The notes: generated by a model from the sequence alone, not told the origin. 64,000 bases of DNA from an uncultured Clostridiaceae bacterium (GCA_942493365.1 OW818697.1:1512668-1576667); one strand, 5' to 3'; positions 38,610 to 49,875 are shown, numbered from the stretch's first letter. Numbers and translations are program-made.

Positions 38610-41234
38610 ATGGCGCGCGGCAAGGTGAATCATAAGCACGAAATCAACGGCATCCTCTACCTGGTGGTGGCGGCGCTCTTTGGTGTGGCCTATTACGCGC
38701 CCGGTGCGATGGGCGTGCTAGGCAACGTGCTGCTCGACGGCGGCCGCGGACTTTTGGGTATGGCGGCCTATGCGCTGCCGGTGATCTTTGCCTACATGGC
38801 CATCGATTATTTCCTGGAAAAACAAATGAAGATTACCCGCCTGCGTTTTACGCACGTGTTTTTGTTTCTCGTCGGCAGCGCTGCCATGATGCAGATTCTG
38901 TCGGTCGATCAAGCGGTTTTCCATCAGGCCGGACAACCGACGATGAATGCCTGGCAGTCGCTGACCCTGCTCTGGGAAGGCGGTATCGATCCTGCTGAAC
39001 TCGCGTTAAACGGCGAGAAGGTGCTGACCGGCGGCCTCTTCGGCGGCGGCGTGGCCCAGGCTATGTATGCCATCGCCGGCCAGACCGGCGCGATCATATT
39101 AATCGCCGCGCTCTTGCTGTCGCAACTGGTGCTGCTCTTGAATGTCTCGCTTTCGCGGGCGGTCGGCAAGACGGCCGAGGTCATCCAGCAGACCGGCCAA
39201 CGCGTCAACACCGCCGTGCGCAGCAGTGTTGTCAACATCCGAGAAAGCCGTGCGGCCGACGCGCAAAACGCCAAGAGCTTCGACATTGATCTGGAAAAAG
39301 ATCAAGCGGCCAAGACCGATGATATGCCCGGCGAAACACCGGTCGAACCGGAAAAGAAAAAGTATTCGCTGATCGACAGTTTAAAACGCCTGTGGCAGGA
39401 CGATGATCAGGTCGTGCCAACCCTGCCCGAGGCCGAACTGTCGGTGCCCGGTTTTCTGATGCCCGACGGCGAAGCGCCGACGCAGGCGCAATCGACCGTC
39501 GGTGGCAACGTGCGCCGATCGGCCTATGATATTCAACTGAACAAAAATGAGTGCATCGATGATGACGACGAGGATGATGCCGTCAATGTGCTGACGCCCG
39601 AGACCACTGTTCATCTGCCGGCTGGGGTGCGTCGCGTTGATCCGATCGGCGTTGAGGCTGGCGACGTCCTGGAAGATGGTCGTTCCAAATGGGCCGATCG
39701 CACGGCTGAGGTGACGACCGGCGCGACGGTCATGCCGGTGCGCGTGACCGGCAAACCCGGTTCGCAGCTGTCGTTGGACATTCCTTATCAGGCCCCGCCG
39801 CTCAACCTGCTGCGCGAAGATATCGCCCAAATCGCCAGAAGTGCCAACAACCCGGCCATCCAAGCGCTGGGCAAAAAACTGGAACACACGCTGAAAAGTT
39901 TTGGCATCGAGGCGACCGTCGTTCACGTCACGACCGGCCCGACCATCACCCGCTTTGAACTGAGCCCCGGCCCCGGCGTCAAGGTCAGCCGCATCGTCAG
40001 TTTGTCCGACGACATCGCGCTCAACCTGGCCGCCATGGGCGTGCGCATCGAGGCCCCCATCCCCGGCAAGTCGGCCATCGGCATCGAGATCCCCAACAAG
40101 GAAACCTCGCCGGTGCTGCTGCGCGGCATTCTCGAGTCGCCGGAATTCAAGAAGAGCGCTTCGCCGCTGACCGCCGTCATCGGCCGCGACATTCAGGGTT
40201 TCCCGATCCTCTGCGATCTGGCCAAAATGCCGCATCTGCTGATCGCCGGCGCCACCGGCTCGGGCAAATCGGTCTGCATCAATTCCATCCTGATGAGCAT
40301 CCTCTATCGCACCAGCCCCGACGATGTGCGCCTGATGATGATCGATCCCAAGGTCGTCGAGCTCAGCGTTTACAACGGTATCCCGCATTTGCTGGCTCCG
40401 GTGGTGACTGACCCCAAAAAGGCCGCCAACACGCTGTTGTGGGCGGTCAACGAAATGACCCGCCGCTACGGGCTGTTCGCCGAAAAGGCCGTGCGCGACA
40501 TCAATTCTTACAATGCCGCCGCCCTGCGCGGGGAGGACGATTTTGAAAAACTGCCGCTGATTCTCTTCGTCATCGACGAACTGTCCGACCTGATGGCCAC
40601 CACGCCGACCGAGGTCGAGGACGCCATCGCCCGCCTGACCGCCATGGCCCGCGCCGCTGGCATTCACCTGATCATCGCCACCCAGCGGCCGTCGGTTGAC
40701 GTCATCACCGGCGTCATCAAGGCCAACATCCCGTCGCGCATTGCCTTTGCCGTCGCCTCGCAGGTCGACTCGCGCACCATCCTTGACATGGGCGGCGCCG
40801 AAAAGCTCTTAGGCAAGGGCGATATGCTCTATTACCCGCAGAGCTCGGCCAAGCCGATTCGCGGCCAGGGCGCTTTTATCACCGATTCCGAAGTCGAACG
40901 GGTGCTGACCTACATCAAGGCGCAGCACGCCGCCGAATACGACCCCAACATCGCCAACGCCATCATGACAGCACCGGCCGTCGCCGGCCGTGAACGTGAC
41001 AGCAGCGACCAGGACGAACTGCTGCCGCAGGCGCTGGGCATTGTCGTCGAGACCGGCTACGCCTCGGTGTCGCTCCTGCAGCGCCGCATGAACGTCGGCT
41101 ATCCGCGCGCGGCGCGACTGATTGACCGCATGAATGAAATGGGTTATGTCGGGCCTTTTGAAGGCAGCAAACCCCGCAAGGTTTTGATCACACCGGGTCA
41201 ATATCTCGAACTCAAAGCCAGGGAAGGAAACTGA
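38610..41234 (+). CDS. ftsK: DNA translocase FtsK/SpoIIIE
   Basis: N-terminal TM helices, linker, HLLIAGATGSGKS, IDPK, IDELSDLM, TQRPSVDVITG, gamma domain YPRAARLID. Confidence 0.97.
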   Translation: MARGKVNHKHEINGILYLVVAALFGVAYYAPGAMGVLGNVLLDGGRGLLGMAAYALPVIFAYMAIDYFLEKQMKITRLRFTHVFLFLVGSAAMMQILSVDQAVFHQAGQPTMNAWQSLTLLWEGGIDPAELALNGEKVLTGGLFGGGVAQAMYAIAGQTGAIILIAALLLSQLVLLLNVSLSRAVGKTAEVIQQTGQRVNTAVRSSVVNIRESRAADAQNAKSFDIDLEKDQAAKTDDMPGETPVEPEKKKYSLIDSLKRLWQDDDQVVPTLPEAELSVPGFLMPDGEAPTQAQSTVGGNVRRSAYDIQLNKNECIDDDDEDDAVNVLTPETTVHLPAGVRRVDPIGVEAGDVLEDGRSKWADRTAEVTTGATVMPVRVTGKPGSQLSLDIPYQAPPLNLLREDIAQIARSANNPAIQALGKKLEHTLKSFGIEATVVHVTTGPTITRFELSPGPGVKVSRIVSLSDDIALNLAAMGVRIEAPIPGKSAIGIEIPNKETSPVLLRGILESPEFKKSASPLTAVIGRDIQGFPILCDLAKMPHLLIAGATGSGKSVCINSILMSILYRTSPDDVRLMMIDPKVVELSVYNGIPHLLAPVVTDPKKAANTLLWAVNEMTRRYGLFAEKAVRDINSYNAAALRGEDDFEKLPLILFVIDELSDLMATTPTEVEDAIARLTAMARAAGIHLIIATQRPSVDVITGVIKANIPSRIAFAVASQVDSRTILDMGGAEKLLGKGDMLYYPQSSAKPIRGQGAFITDSEVERVLTYIKAQHAAEYDPNIANAIMTAPAVAGRERDSSDQDELLPQALGIVVETGYASVSLLQRRMNVGYPRAARLIDRMNEMGYVGPFEGSKPRKVLITPGQYLELKAREGN

Positions 41235-41235
41235 A

Positions 41236-43266
41236 ATGACCCATTTACCCATGACCCAAGCTGAAATGACCGCTCGAGGCTGGGAACAGCTCGATTTTCT
41301 TTTTGTCACCGGCGATGCCTATGTCGATCACCCCAGTTTTGGCGCGGCCATTTTGACGCGCCTCTTAGAGAGTGAGGGCTTTAAGGTCGGCATCATCGCC
41401 CAGCCCTCGCTGACCGAACCGGACAGCCTGTTGGCGCTCGGCCGCCCGCGTTTGGGCGTGCTAGTCTCGTCCGGCGTCGTCGATTCGATGGTTGATAATT
41501 ACACGGCCGGCAAGAAGACCCGCTCGGAAGACCGCTACTCGGCCGGCGGCATCGGCGGTAAACGCCCCGACCGCGCCACCATTCGCTATTGCACTCTGGT
41601 GCGTGAGCAGCTGGGGGAGATCCCGCTGATTATTGGCGGCGTCGAGGCCAGCCTGCGTCGTTTCGCCCATTATGACTACTGGAGCAACAAGGTGCGCCGT
41701 TCGATCCTGCAGGACAGCCTGGCTGACATCCTGATCTACGGCATGGGCGAAGTGCCGCTGTTGGAAATTGTCAAGCTACTGGCCAAGGGCGTGTCGGTGC
41801 GCAAGATCAACGCCATTCGCGGCACCTGCGTGCTGGCCAAGCCCGATCAGTTGCCGGGCAAAATCACCGAGTTTATCGCCAAGTGCCCCGATTACACCTT
41901 AAACAGCGCCAAACAGACCGCGCGCGCCCTCAAGGGCAAGCTGTTGCCGGAAAACGAAACGATGGTCATGCTGCCCTCCTGCGAGGAAGTGATGAAGGAC
42001 AAGCTGGCCTACGCCGTGGCCTTCCGCTACCAGTATCGCGAACAGGACCCGGCCGAGGGCAAGACGCTGATCCAACGCCACAGCGGACGCTACCTGGTGC
42101 AGAATCCGCCGCAGCGCCCGATGTCCACAGCCGAGCTCGACCGCATCTACGACCTGCCCTACGAACGCACCCCGCATCCGTCCTATCAGGCGGCCGGCGG
42201 CGTGCCCTCAATCGAGGAGGTGCGCTTCAGCATCAACAGCCACCGAGGCTGTTTCGGCGGCTGCCATTTCTGTGCCATCACCTTTCATCAAGGCCGCATC
42301 GTGCAGCGCCGCAGCAGCGCGTCGATCCTGCGCGAGGCCAAGCTGATCAGCGAAATGCCCGATTTCAAGGGCTACATTCACGATGTCGGCGGACCAACCG
42401 CCAACTTCTTTGGCCCGGCCTGCGAAAAACAGCGCAAGGGCGCCGTCTGCAAAGGCCGCCAGTGCCTGTTTCCTGAGCCCTGCCCCTCGCTGGAAGCCAA
42501 CCACGGCGACTACCTGACCGTCCTGCGCCAGATCCGCGAGCTACCGGGCGTCAAGAAGGTCTTCATCCGCTCCGGCATCCGTTTCGATTATCTGCTGCTG
42601 GACGAGCAGCACGATTTCCTCACCGAACTGTGCCAGTACCACATCAGCGGCCAGCTCAAGGTCGCGCCGGAGCATGTCAGCCGCCGCGCGCTCTTAGCCA
42701 TGGGCAAGCCGCCGCCCGAGATTTACCGGGCCTTCAAGGTCAAATACGAAAAGGCCAACCACATGCTCGGCCTCAAGCAATTCTTGGTACCCTACCTGAT
42801 CTCCGGCCATCCGGGCTGTGATCTCGAGGATGCCATCGAGTTGGCCATGGAAATCAAGGCCAGCCGCGTCATGCCCGAGCAGGTGCAGGATTTCTACCCG
42901 ACACCGGGAACCGTTTCCACAGTGATGTATTACACCGGCATGGATCCCTTCACGCTGGAGATGATTCACATCCCCGACGGCACCGAAAAGGCCTTGCAAC
43001 GGGCGCTCCTGCAGTTCGGCAAACCGGAAAACCGTGAAAAAGTGCTGGAAGCGCTACGCCGCACCGGCCGCACCGACCTAATCGGCTATGGGCCGGACAA
43101 GCTTGTGCCGTCTGGCAAAAAGTTCAATCGAAGCAAACCTGCCGACCAGGCAGTGGAGACCGATAACAGGGAGGCATCAGACCATGGCAATCATCATCAG
43201 GGGCAAAGAACTGGCGGCGGACATCCGCAACCAGCTCCGCGCCGAGGTCGACGCGATCTTCGCTGA
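41236..43266 (+). CDS. YgiQ family radical SAM protein
   Basis: GDAYVDHPSFG, SHRGCFGGCHFC, DVGGPTAN, RSGIRFD, QVQDFYPTP. Confidence 0.95.
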   Translation: MTHLPMTQAEMTARGWEQLDFLFVTGDAYVDHPSFGAAILTRLLESEGFKVGIIAQPSLTEPDSLLALGRPRLGVLVSSGVVDSMVDNYTAGKKTRSEDRYSAGGIGGKRPDRATIRYCTLVREQLGEIPLIIGGVEASLRRFAHYDYWSNKVRRSILQDSLADILIYGMGEVPLLEIVKLLAKGVSVRKINAIRGTCVLAKPDQLPGKITEFIAKCPDYTLNSAKQTARALKGKLLPENETMVMLPSCEEVMKDKLAYAVAFRYQYREQDPAEGKTLIQRHSGRYLVQNPPQRPMSTAELDRIYDLPYERTPHPSYQAAGGVPSIEEVRFSINSHRGCFGGCHFCAITFHQGRIVQRRSSASILREAKLISEMPDFKGYIHDVGGPTANFFGPACEKQRKGAVCKGRQCLFPEPCPSLEANHGDYLTVLRQIRELPGVKKVFIRSGIRFDYLLLDEQHDFLTELCQYHISGQLKVAPEHVSRRALLAMGKPPPEIYRAFKVKYEKANHMLGLKQFLVPYLISGHPGCDLEDAIELAMEIKASRVMPEQVQDFYPTPGTVSTVMYYTGMDPFTLEMIHIPDGTEKALQRALLQFGKPENREKVLEALRRTGRTDLIGYGPDKLVPSGKKFNRSKPADQAVETDNREASDHGNHHQGQRTGGGHPQPAPRRGRRDLR

Positions 43267-44038
43267 AACCGGCAAACGCCCGGGGCTGGCCGTCATTCAG
43301 GTCGGCGAGGATCCATCTTCGAAAATCTATGTCAACAATAAAAAGAAGGCCTGTGCCGAGATTGGCATCAAGTCTTTTGGCTATGATTTGCCGGCCGAGG
43401 CCAGTGATCAAGAGATCCTTAAATTGATCCGCGCCCTCAACGAGGACAGCCAGGTTCATGGCATCCTCTGCCAGCTGCCGCTGCCCGATCATCGCGACGA
43501 CTTCCCGGTCATCAACGCCATCAAAGCCGAAAAGGACGTCGACGGGCTACACCCGACCAACGCCGGGCTGCTGGCGCAGGGTCACGATTGTCTGGTCAGT
43601 TGCACGCCGGCTGGCGTCATGGCCATGCTCAAAGCCTACGACATCGAGATCGCCGGCAAATCCTGCGTCGTCATCGGCCGCAGCAACATGGTCGGCAAAC
43701 CGGTGGCCCAGCTGATGCTCAAGGAAAACGCCACCGTCACCATTGCCCATTCCAAGACCCGCGATTTGCCCCAGCTTTGCCGTACGGCCGATATCCTGAT
43801 TGCCGCCATCGGCCGTGCCAACTTTGTGACCGCCAACTTTGTCAAACCCGGCGCAGTGGTCATTGATGTCGGCATCAACCGGCTCGATGACGGCAAGGTG
43901 GTCGGCGACGTCGATTTCGCCGCCGTTGAACCAATTGCGGCGGCCATCACGCCGGTGCCGCACGGGGTCGGCCCGATGACCATTGCCATGCTGATGAAAA
44001 ATACGCTGATCGCTTTTCGGCGCCAGGAGCTCGTTTAG
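43184..44038 (+). CDS. folD: Bifunctional methylenetetrahydrofolate dehydrogenase/cyclohydrolase
   Basis: YVNNKKKAC, QLPLP, KDVDG, CTPAG, IGRSNMVGKP, TPVPHGVGPMT; ATG 43184 after GGAGG. Confidence 0.97.
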   Translation: MAIIIRGKELAADIRNQLRAEVDAIFAETGKRPGLAVIQVGEDPSSKIYVNNKKKACAEIGIKSFGYDLPAEASDQEILKLIRALNEDSQVHGILCQLPLPDHRDDFPVINAIKAEKDVDGLHPTNAGLLAQGHDCLVSCTPAGVMAMLKAYDIEIAGKSCVVIGRSNMVGKPVAQLMLKENATVTIAHSKTRDLPQLCRTADILIAAIGRANFVTANFVKPGAVVIDVGINRLDDGKVVGDVDFAAVEPIAAAITPVPHGVGPMTIAMLMKNTLIAFRRQELV

Positions 44039-44040
44039 TT

Positions 44041-45216
44041 TTGCGGGTGTTTGCATTAAACAGCAACACGTTGTCGGATCTGGCTACTGCCGGACCGGTT
44101 TTCTGGGCGGTCGTGGCCATCCTGCTGCTGGTCATTTTGGTGCTGACGGTCGTCACCTGGCGCCTGCTGCGACAGATCCGCGACATTCGCTTGGCCGATC
44201 GTCTGCTGCGCGAAGACATAAGCCACTTGAGTCTGGATTTTTCGCGCCAGCTCGAACTGATGCAAAACAATCTGGCCGGTCGCGTCGCCGAGTCCAACCG
44301 TGACCAGCGCGAGGTCAACGCACTATTTCTCGGCCAACTGCAGCAGTACAGCGCCGGCAGCGGCCAGCAGCTGGAGAGCGTTCGCCGCTCGGTCGCCGAG
44401 AGCCTGGGCAAGGTGTCGGGCAGCCTGCAGGAAATGCAAAACGTCACCGCCGAGGTTCGGTCGCTCAAACAGATCCTCGGCAACGTCAAAACTCGCGGCA
44501 TCATCGGCGAATTGCAGCTGGAAAGCCTGCTCGACGAGGTGCTCGCCCCCAATCAGTTTGAAAAACAAGTGCGCATTCGCTCGGAAAAACAGGAAGCGGT
44601 GGAATTCGCCATCCACATTCCCAGCGGCAGCAACGACTCGATCCTCTTACCCATCGACGCCAAATTTCCGCTCGATTATCTGTCGCGCCTCTTGGCCGCG
44701 CTGGATGCCGGCGATCTGGAGTCAGCCGAGGTCTTCCGCCGCGACCTCAACACGCGCATTCGTCAAGAAGCTCGCAAAATTTCCGAACTCTACATTTTGC
44801 CGCCCAAAACGACCGATTTCGCCGTGCTCTACCTGCCGACCGAGAGCCTCTTCGCTGAGGTGGTGCGCGAGGCCGACCTGATCGCCGAAATCTACCGCAA
44901 TTACCGCATCATCATTGCCGGCCCGTCATCGATGACGGCTATGCTGGCCGGCTTGCAGGCCACCTTCCGTTTGCAGTCACTGGAACAGAAGTCGCTGCTG
45001 ATCGCCCAGAGCCTGAGTGAGGTTCAGCGCGATTTCCGGCTGTACGAAGAGAGTCTGGGCCGCGTGCGCAACCGCCTGGTTCGCACCCTCACAGAAGTTG
45101 AAGACACCGGGCGCAAAGCCGGCCAGGTTCGCCGCCGTTTGGACAGCCTGGACCTGGCCGACGTCCATCAATTTACACCCGAAACAGAAGAAGAGGACCA
45201 AGATGATGCCAACTGA
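44041..45216 (+). CDS. rmuC: DNA recombination protein RmuC family
   Basis: N-terminal TM, NVKTRGIIGE, PIDAKFP, TTDFAVLYLPTESLFAE. Confidence 0.92.
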   Translation: MRVFALNSNTLSDLATAGPVFWAVVAILLLVILVLTVVTWRLLRQIRDIRLADRLLREDISHLSLDFSRQLELMQNNLAGRVAESNRDQREVNALFLGQLQQYSAGSGQQLESVRRSVAESLGKVSGSLQEMQNVTAEVRSLKQILGNVKTRGIIGELQLESLLDEVLAPNQFEKQVRIRSEKQEAVEFAIHIPSGSNDSILLPIDAKFPLDYLSRLLAALDAGDLESAEVFRRDLNTRIRQEARKISELYILPPKTTDFAVLYLPTESLFAEVVREADLIAEIYRNYRIIIAGPSSMTAMLAGLQATFRLQSLEQKSLLIAQSLSEVQRDFRLYEESLGRVRNRLVRTLTEVEDTGRKAGQVRRRLDSLDLADVHQFTPETEEEDQDDAN

Positions 45217-46471
45217 AAGCAAAACAGCGGAAATAATCTGTGTTGGCACCGAGCTTCTGCTCGGTCAGATCGTCAACACCAACGCCGCTTGGCTGGCGCG
45301 CGAGCTCAGCCTCTTGGGCCTGCATTCGTATTATCAAACGGTGGTGGGGGACAACCCTGAACGTTTACAGGAGCAACTGGCCCTGTCGGCCGGGCGCTCT
45401 GACCTGATCATCCTGACCGGCGGCCTCGGGCCGACCCAGGACGACCTGACGCTGGCCACCACGGCGCGTTTTGCCGGCTTGCCGTTGGCCATGCACGAAC
45501 CCAGCCGTCAGGCCATTGCCGAGTTCTTTCAGGCCATCGGCCGCACCGGCCAGGCCACCGCCAACAACTGGAAACAAGCCATGATGCCAGCCGGTGCCAC
45601 CGTCCTGCCCAACCACAATGGCACCGCGCCCGGCGCCATCTTCAGCGCGCATCTGCCAGAAGGCCGCGCCCCGCTGTTCATCCTGCTGCCCGGCCCACCG
45701 TCCGAGATGCAGCTGATGTTCACCGAATCGGTCAAACCCTGGCTGGAGCAGCTTTCGCCAACCCGCCTGCGACATATTTTCGTCCGCATGATCGGTATTG
45801 GCGAATCAGCGGCCGAAACGCGCCTGCTCGACCTGATCGAGGGGCAAAGCAACCCGACACTGGCACCCTACGCGACGGAGGGTGAGGTCATGTTCCGCAT
45901 CACCCAGGCCTGCAGCCAGCCCGACGAACCCGACCTGACAGCGGCCCTGCTGGCCGAGGTTCGCAGCCGTCTGGGCGAGTACATTTACGAGGTTGGCCCG
46001 CGTACTATGCCAGAAGTCGTCAAGGATTTGCTGCTCGAACAGGGCAAGACCATCAGTTGCGCCGAATCCTGCACCGGTGGCCTGGTTTCGGCAGCTTTAA
46101 CCGACCTTGCCGGTGCCTCAGCGGTCTTTTGCGGTAGCATCGTTGCTTACAGCAATGAGATAAAGGCCATTCTACTGGGCGTAAAACCCCAAACCCTGCT
46201 TACGGAGGGCGCTGTCAGCGAAGCCTGCGCGGTGGCAATGGCGCAAGGATGTCGTGACGTCATTAATACAGATTTTGCCGTTTCTGTCACCGGAATTGCC
46301 GGCCCGGATGGCGGTTCGGCCGAAAAACCGGTCGGCTTGGTCTGGCTGGCGGTCGCCGGACCGGCCGGTGTCGCCACCCGCAAACTGCAGCTGCGCGGCA
46401 ATCGCGCCCGCATTCGCAAGGTGGCAACGCTCAACGCGCTGGACTTGGTCCGGCGGCAGTTGCTGTTATGA
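45203..46471 (+). CDS. cinA: Competence/damage-inducible protein CinA
   Basis: VGTELLLGQIVNTN, TGGLGPTQDD, GTAPG, LPGPP, AESCTGG, TGIAGPDGGS.EKPVG. Confidence 0.96.
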   Translation: MMPTESKTAEIICVGTELLLGQIVNTNAAWLARELSLLGLHSYYQTVVGDNPERLQEQLALSAGRSDLIILTGGLGPTQDDLTLATTARFAGLPLAMHEPSRQAIAEFFQAIGRTGQATANNWKQAMMPAGATVLPNHNGTAPGAIFSAHLPEGRAPLFILLPGPPSEMQLMFTESVKPWLEQLSPTRLRHIFVRMIGIGESAAETRLLDLIEGQSNPTLAPYATEGEVMFRITQACSQPDEPDLTAALLAEVRSRLGEYIYEVGPRTMPEVVKDLLLEQGKTISCAESCTGGLVSAALTDLAGASAVFCGSIVAYSNEIKAILLGVKPQTLLTEGAVSEACAVAMAQGCRDVINTDFAVSVTGIAGPDGGSAEKPVGLVWLAVAGPAGVATRKLQLRGNRARIRKVATLNALDLVRRQLLL

Positions 46472-48084
46472 GCGAGATGTTGAACACAACGCCGGTTAAA
46501 CGATCCGGCAGCAACCTGACGCTGGCCGCCTTGCTGATGATGTCGGGGCTGCTGCTGAGCAAATTGACCGGCATGCTGCGCGAAATCCTGGTGCCCTATG
46601 TCTTTGGCGGCGTCAGCTACATCACCGATGCCTATAACATCGGCTTCAACATTCCCGATCTTTTTTATCAACTGCTGATCGGCGGTGCCATCCAGGCCGC
46701 CATTACGCCAACCCTGGCCGCGGCTCTGGAAAAGCGCAAGGAAAAGGAAGGCTGGCGCAGCGTCAGCATCCTGATCAATCTGACCAGCGTCATCGTCATT
46801 GTGGCCGTCCTGATCGGCGAATTGATTGCGCCCTACATCATCCCGCTGCTTTACCAGTCCCCCAAAATCACCCCCGCAGCCTTGACCCTGGCCGTTTCGG
46901 TGACCCAGGCGCTGTTCCCGCAAGTCTTTTTCATGATGCTGGCCGCGCTGTGCATCGGCATCCTCAATGCCTACAAAAAATTCGGGTCAACCTCATTTGG
47001 CCCGGCCATCTACAATGTCTGCTTCATTTTGGTCATGGTCTTCCTGGCGACCAAAGACGCCACCGGTCCGGTTCGCGTCGCGTCGGGCGTCATGCTGGCG
47101 ACTTGTTTCTACTTTGTCATGCAGTTCTGGCTGGCGCGCAAGGAATTCAAGCACTTCTCATTGTCGTTTGACTATCGTGACTCTGGCTTCCAGCGCTTGC
47201 TCAAATTGGCCGTGCCAACGCTGATTTCCGGTTCGATTGTTCAGATCAACATGATTATCCTCAACAGTTTTGCTACCCAATACGGTGAAAGCACGGTTTC
47301 TCTGCTGCGCAATGCCTCATCGACCTGGCAGCTGCCTTACGGTATTTTCGCCATCGCCATCGGCAACGTCATGCTGCCGTCGCTGTCAGGGCTGCACGCG
47401 GTGCGCGACTACGAAGGCAGCCGGCGCCTGTTTGGGCGCAGCCTGCGCAGCGCGCTGTTCATGATCATTCCCTCTGCTGGCTTGTTCCTGGCCATGCAAC
47501 CCGATGTGATTCGAGCCATTTTCCAATGGAGTCCCGTCTACACCGAGCAAAACGTCACCTTGGCCGCCTCGATGCTCAGTTGGTACTGCCTGGCCATGGT
47601 AGCGCAGACGATCATATTCATTGTCAATCAGGCTTTTTACGCGCGCAAGATGACCAAGATCGCCCTGTTTAACGGCATACTGACCCTCGTGCTCAATGTG
47701 CTGCTTTGCCTGCTGCTCAGTGTCGTCAACCCAGGCGACGCGGGCAATTTGTCATTCTCTTACACCCTGACCAGCTTCATCAGCCTGACATTTTTGTATA
47801 CCCTTTATTGTAAAACACTGCCGGCGGCCGCGCCCTATCGTATGTGGCCATTTATTGCCAAATCGCTGCTCTGCGCAACCGCCCTGATCATGGTGACCCT
47901 GGGGCTGTCGGCAATACCGATTGCCCTCGATGCAAAAATTTTCCAGCTCCTGTGGCTGGCTGGCCGCATGTTGATCGGCATCGCGATCTATATTGGCATC
48001 GCCTATGCCTTGAAAATGCCGGAAGCCGAAAAAATCGTCAAAAAAATAACCGGTTGGATCCTGAAATTATTCAGACGTAACTGA
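46468..48084 (+). CDS. murJ: Lipid II flippase MurJ (MviN)
   Basis: Multi-TM; LSKLTGMLRE, DAYNIGFNIPD, QLPYGIFAIAI, FYARK. Confidence 0.92.
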   Translation: MSEMLNTTPVKRSGSNLTLAALLMMSGLLLSKLTGMLREILVPYVFGGVSYITDAYNIGFNIPDLFYQLLIGGAIQAAITPTLAAALEKRKEKEGWRSVSILINLTSVIVIVAVLIGELIAPYIIPLLYQSPKITPAALTLAVSVTQALFPQVFFMMLAALCIGILNAYKKFGSTSFGPAIYNVCFILVMVFLATKDATGPVRVASGVMLATCFYFVMQFWLARKEFKHFSLSFDYRDSGFQRLLKLAVPTLISGSIVQINMIILNSFATQYGESTVSLLRNASSTWQLPYGIFAIAIGNVMLPSLSGLHAVRDYEGSRRLFGRSLRSALFMIIPSAGLFLAMQPDVIRAIFQWSPVYTEQNVTLAASMLSWYCLAMVAQTIIFIVNQAFYARKMTKIALFNGILTLVLNVLLCLLLSVVNPGDAGNLSFSYTLTSFISLTFLYTLYCKTLPAAAPYRMWPFIAKSLLCATALIMVTLGLSAIPIALDAKIFQLLWLAGRMLIGIAIYIGIAYALKMPEAEKIVKKITGWILKLFRRN

Positions 48085-48131
48085 TCAGCTAACAGCTTGA
48101 AAAATGTCGCATTTTGTCGAATGAAATGGCA

Positions 48132-48160
48132 TTGACTTCAAGAACACTTAAATCTATAAT
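48132..48160 (+). promoter_or_regulatory. SigA promoter for recA
   Basis: TTGACT-N17-TATAAT. Confidence 0.88.
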
Positions 48161-48171
48161 TATGAGAGAAA

Positions 48172-48185
48172 AGAACGATTGTTCT
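48172..48185. promoter_or_regulatory. LexA (Cheo/DinR) SOS box
   Basis: AGAACGATTGTTCT matches the Gram-positive GAAC-N4-GTTC consensus; between promoter and recA SD. Confidence 0.85.
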
Positions 48186-48203
48186 ATTTTGTGGAGGTAC
48201 AAC

Positions 48204-49310
48204 ATGGCACGAGCTGAAAAAGCCCCTGGCAAATCCAGTCAGGAAATCAACCAGAAATTTTCATCCGATCGGCTGCGCGCGTTGGATGCCGCACTGGGCC
48301 AGATCGAAAAGCAGTTTGGCAAGGGCGCGATCATGAAGCTGGGTGAGAAGAGCCTGATGCAGGTTGAAGTCATTCCGACCGGTGCATTGTCGCTGGATGT
48401 TGCGCTGGGTGTCGGCGGCCTGCCCAAAGGGCGTGTCGTTGAGATTTATGGCCCGGAATCATCCGGTAAAACCACCGTGGCTTTGCATGTCATTGCCGAA
48501 GCGCAGCGCGGCGGCGGCACGGCGGCCTTTATTGACGCCGAACACGCCCTCGATCCGGCTTATGCCTCGCGTTTGGGTGTCGATATCGACAATCTGATCG
48601 TCTCCCAGCCCGATACCGGCGAGCAGGCGCTGGAAATCACTGAAGCGCTGGTCCGCAGCGGCGCGATTGACGTCATCGTCATCGACTCTGTCGCCGCCCT
48701 CGTGCCCAAGGCCGAAATCGACGGCGAAATGGGGGACAGTCATGTTGGTTTGCAGGCCAGACTGATGTCGCAGGCCCTGCGCAAACTGGCCGGTGTCATC
48801 AGCAAATCCAGCACCATTTGTATATTCATCAATCAATTGCGTGAAAAAGTCGGCGTCATGTTCGGCAACCCCGAAACGACACCGGGCGGACGGGCGTTGA
48901 AATTTTATTCGTCGGTTCGTCTGGACGTCCGCAAGATCGAAACCCTCAGGAACGGCACCGACATCGTCGGTTCCCGCACCCGCGTCAAGGTGGTCAAAAA
49001 CAAGGTGGCGCCGCCGTTCAAAGAAGCCGAATTTGACATCATCTACGGTGAAGGCATCTCCCGCGAAGGCTGCATCATCGATATGGCCGTCACCATGGAC
49101 ATCATCGACAAGAGCGGCGCCTGGTTCGCGTACAACGGCCAGCGCATTGGTCAGGGACGTGATAATGCCAGAATCTTTCTTAAAAGCAATTTAGAAATTC
49201 GCAATGAGATTGAGCAGAAAGTGCGGGCCAATTTTGCCCAAATTCCGCTGCACGGAGCAGTCTCAGCCGATGAAGACAATGAAGATGATATCCTCGGACT
49301 CAATACCTGA
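48204..49310 (+). CDS. recA: Recombinase RecA
   Basis: [48 protein letters not shown]. Confidence 0.99.
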   Translation: MARAEKAPGKSSQEINQKFSSDRLRALDAALGQIEKQFGKGAIMKLGEKSLMQVEVIPTGALSLDVALGVGGLPKGRVVEIYGPESSGKTTVALHVIAEAQRGGGTAAFIDAEHALDPAYASRLGVDIDNLIVSQPDTGEQALEITEALVRSGAIDVIVIDSVAALVPKAEIDGEMGDSHVGLQARLMSQALRKLAGVISKSSTICIFINQLREKVGVMFGNPETTPGGRALKFYSSVRLDVRKIETLRNGTDIVGSRTRVKVVKNKVAPPFKEAEFDIIYGEGISREGCIIDMAVTMDIIDKSGAWFAYNGQRIGQGRDNARIFLKSNLEIRNEIEQKVRANFAQIPLHGAVSADEDNEDDILGLNT

Positions 49311-49815
49311 TACCCTGTCGGCGCAAGAGCGGGAGCTTGAGCGGCAGATTCAGAAGGCCCGAACGGCGGTCATCTCCTGGCTGGGCATCAGTCGAAAGTC
49401 ATCTGGCCGAATCACGGATTATTTGCTACGCCAGGGGTTTGATCAGAACATCATTGAGCTGACGATGGATTCGTTGAAAGCAGATGGCACGATTGACGAC
49501 GAAAGACTGGCCAACAACATTGTCCGCCAGCGCCAGGGACGTCAAGCCGAGTCACGGCTGGCCATGCAATACCGTATGCGGCGTCTGGGCCTGGAAGAAG
49601 ATGCCATCATATCAGCGTTGCCGGACATTTCGGACGATCTGACGGCTGCCTGCCATTTGCTGGAGAAGCGCTTTGGCCGCCAGCTGGCAGAGCAGGCGCG
49701 GTATTCAGAGTTATCGCTGAAAGCTGCCAGATTCCTGGCTGGACGTGGTTTTGCCCAGTCGACGATCGTCATCGCCTTGCGAAAATATGCCCTCACCATT
49801 GACAGCGACGAATGA
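49270..49815 (+). CDS. recX: Regulatory protein RecX
   Basis: Follows and overlaps recA; [16 protein letters not shown]; start uncertain. Confidence 0.85.
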   Translation: MKTMKMISSDSIPDTLSAQERELERQIQKARTAVISWLGISRKSSGRITDYLLRQGFDQNIIELTMDSLKADGTIDDERLANNIVRQRQGRQAESRLAMQYRMRRLGLEEDAIISALPDISDDLTAACHLLEKRFGRQLAEQARYSELSLKAARFLAGRGFAQSTIVIALRKYALTIDSDE

Positions 49816-49875
49816 ACTCGGCATGATAGAATTTGATTTGCCGAATGAATGGGCAGCGAAAGGTGAGAACAGCCA

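Noticed and set aside
39381-40667. 428-aa minus-strand ORF
   Set aside because: Antisense to the ftsK motor domain; shadow ORF
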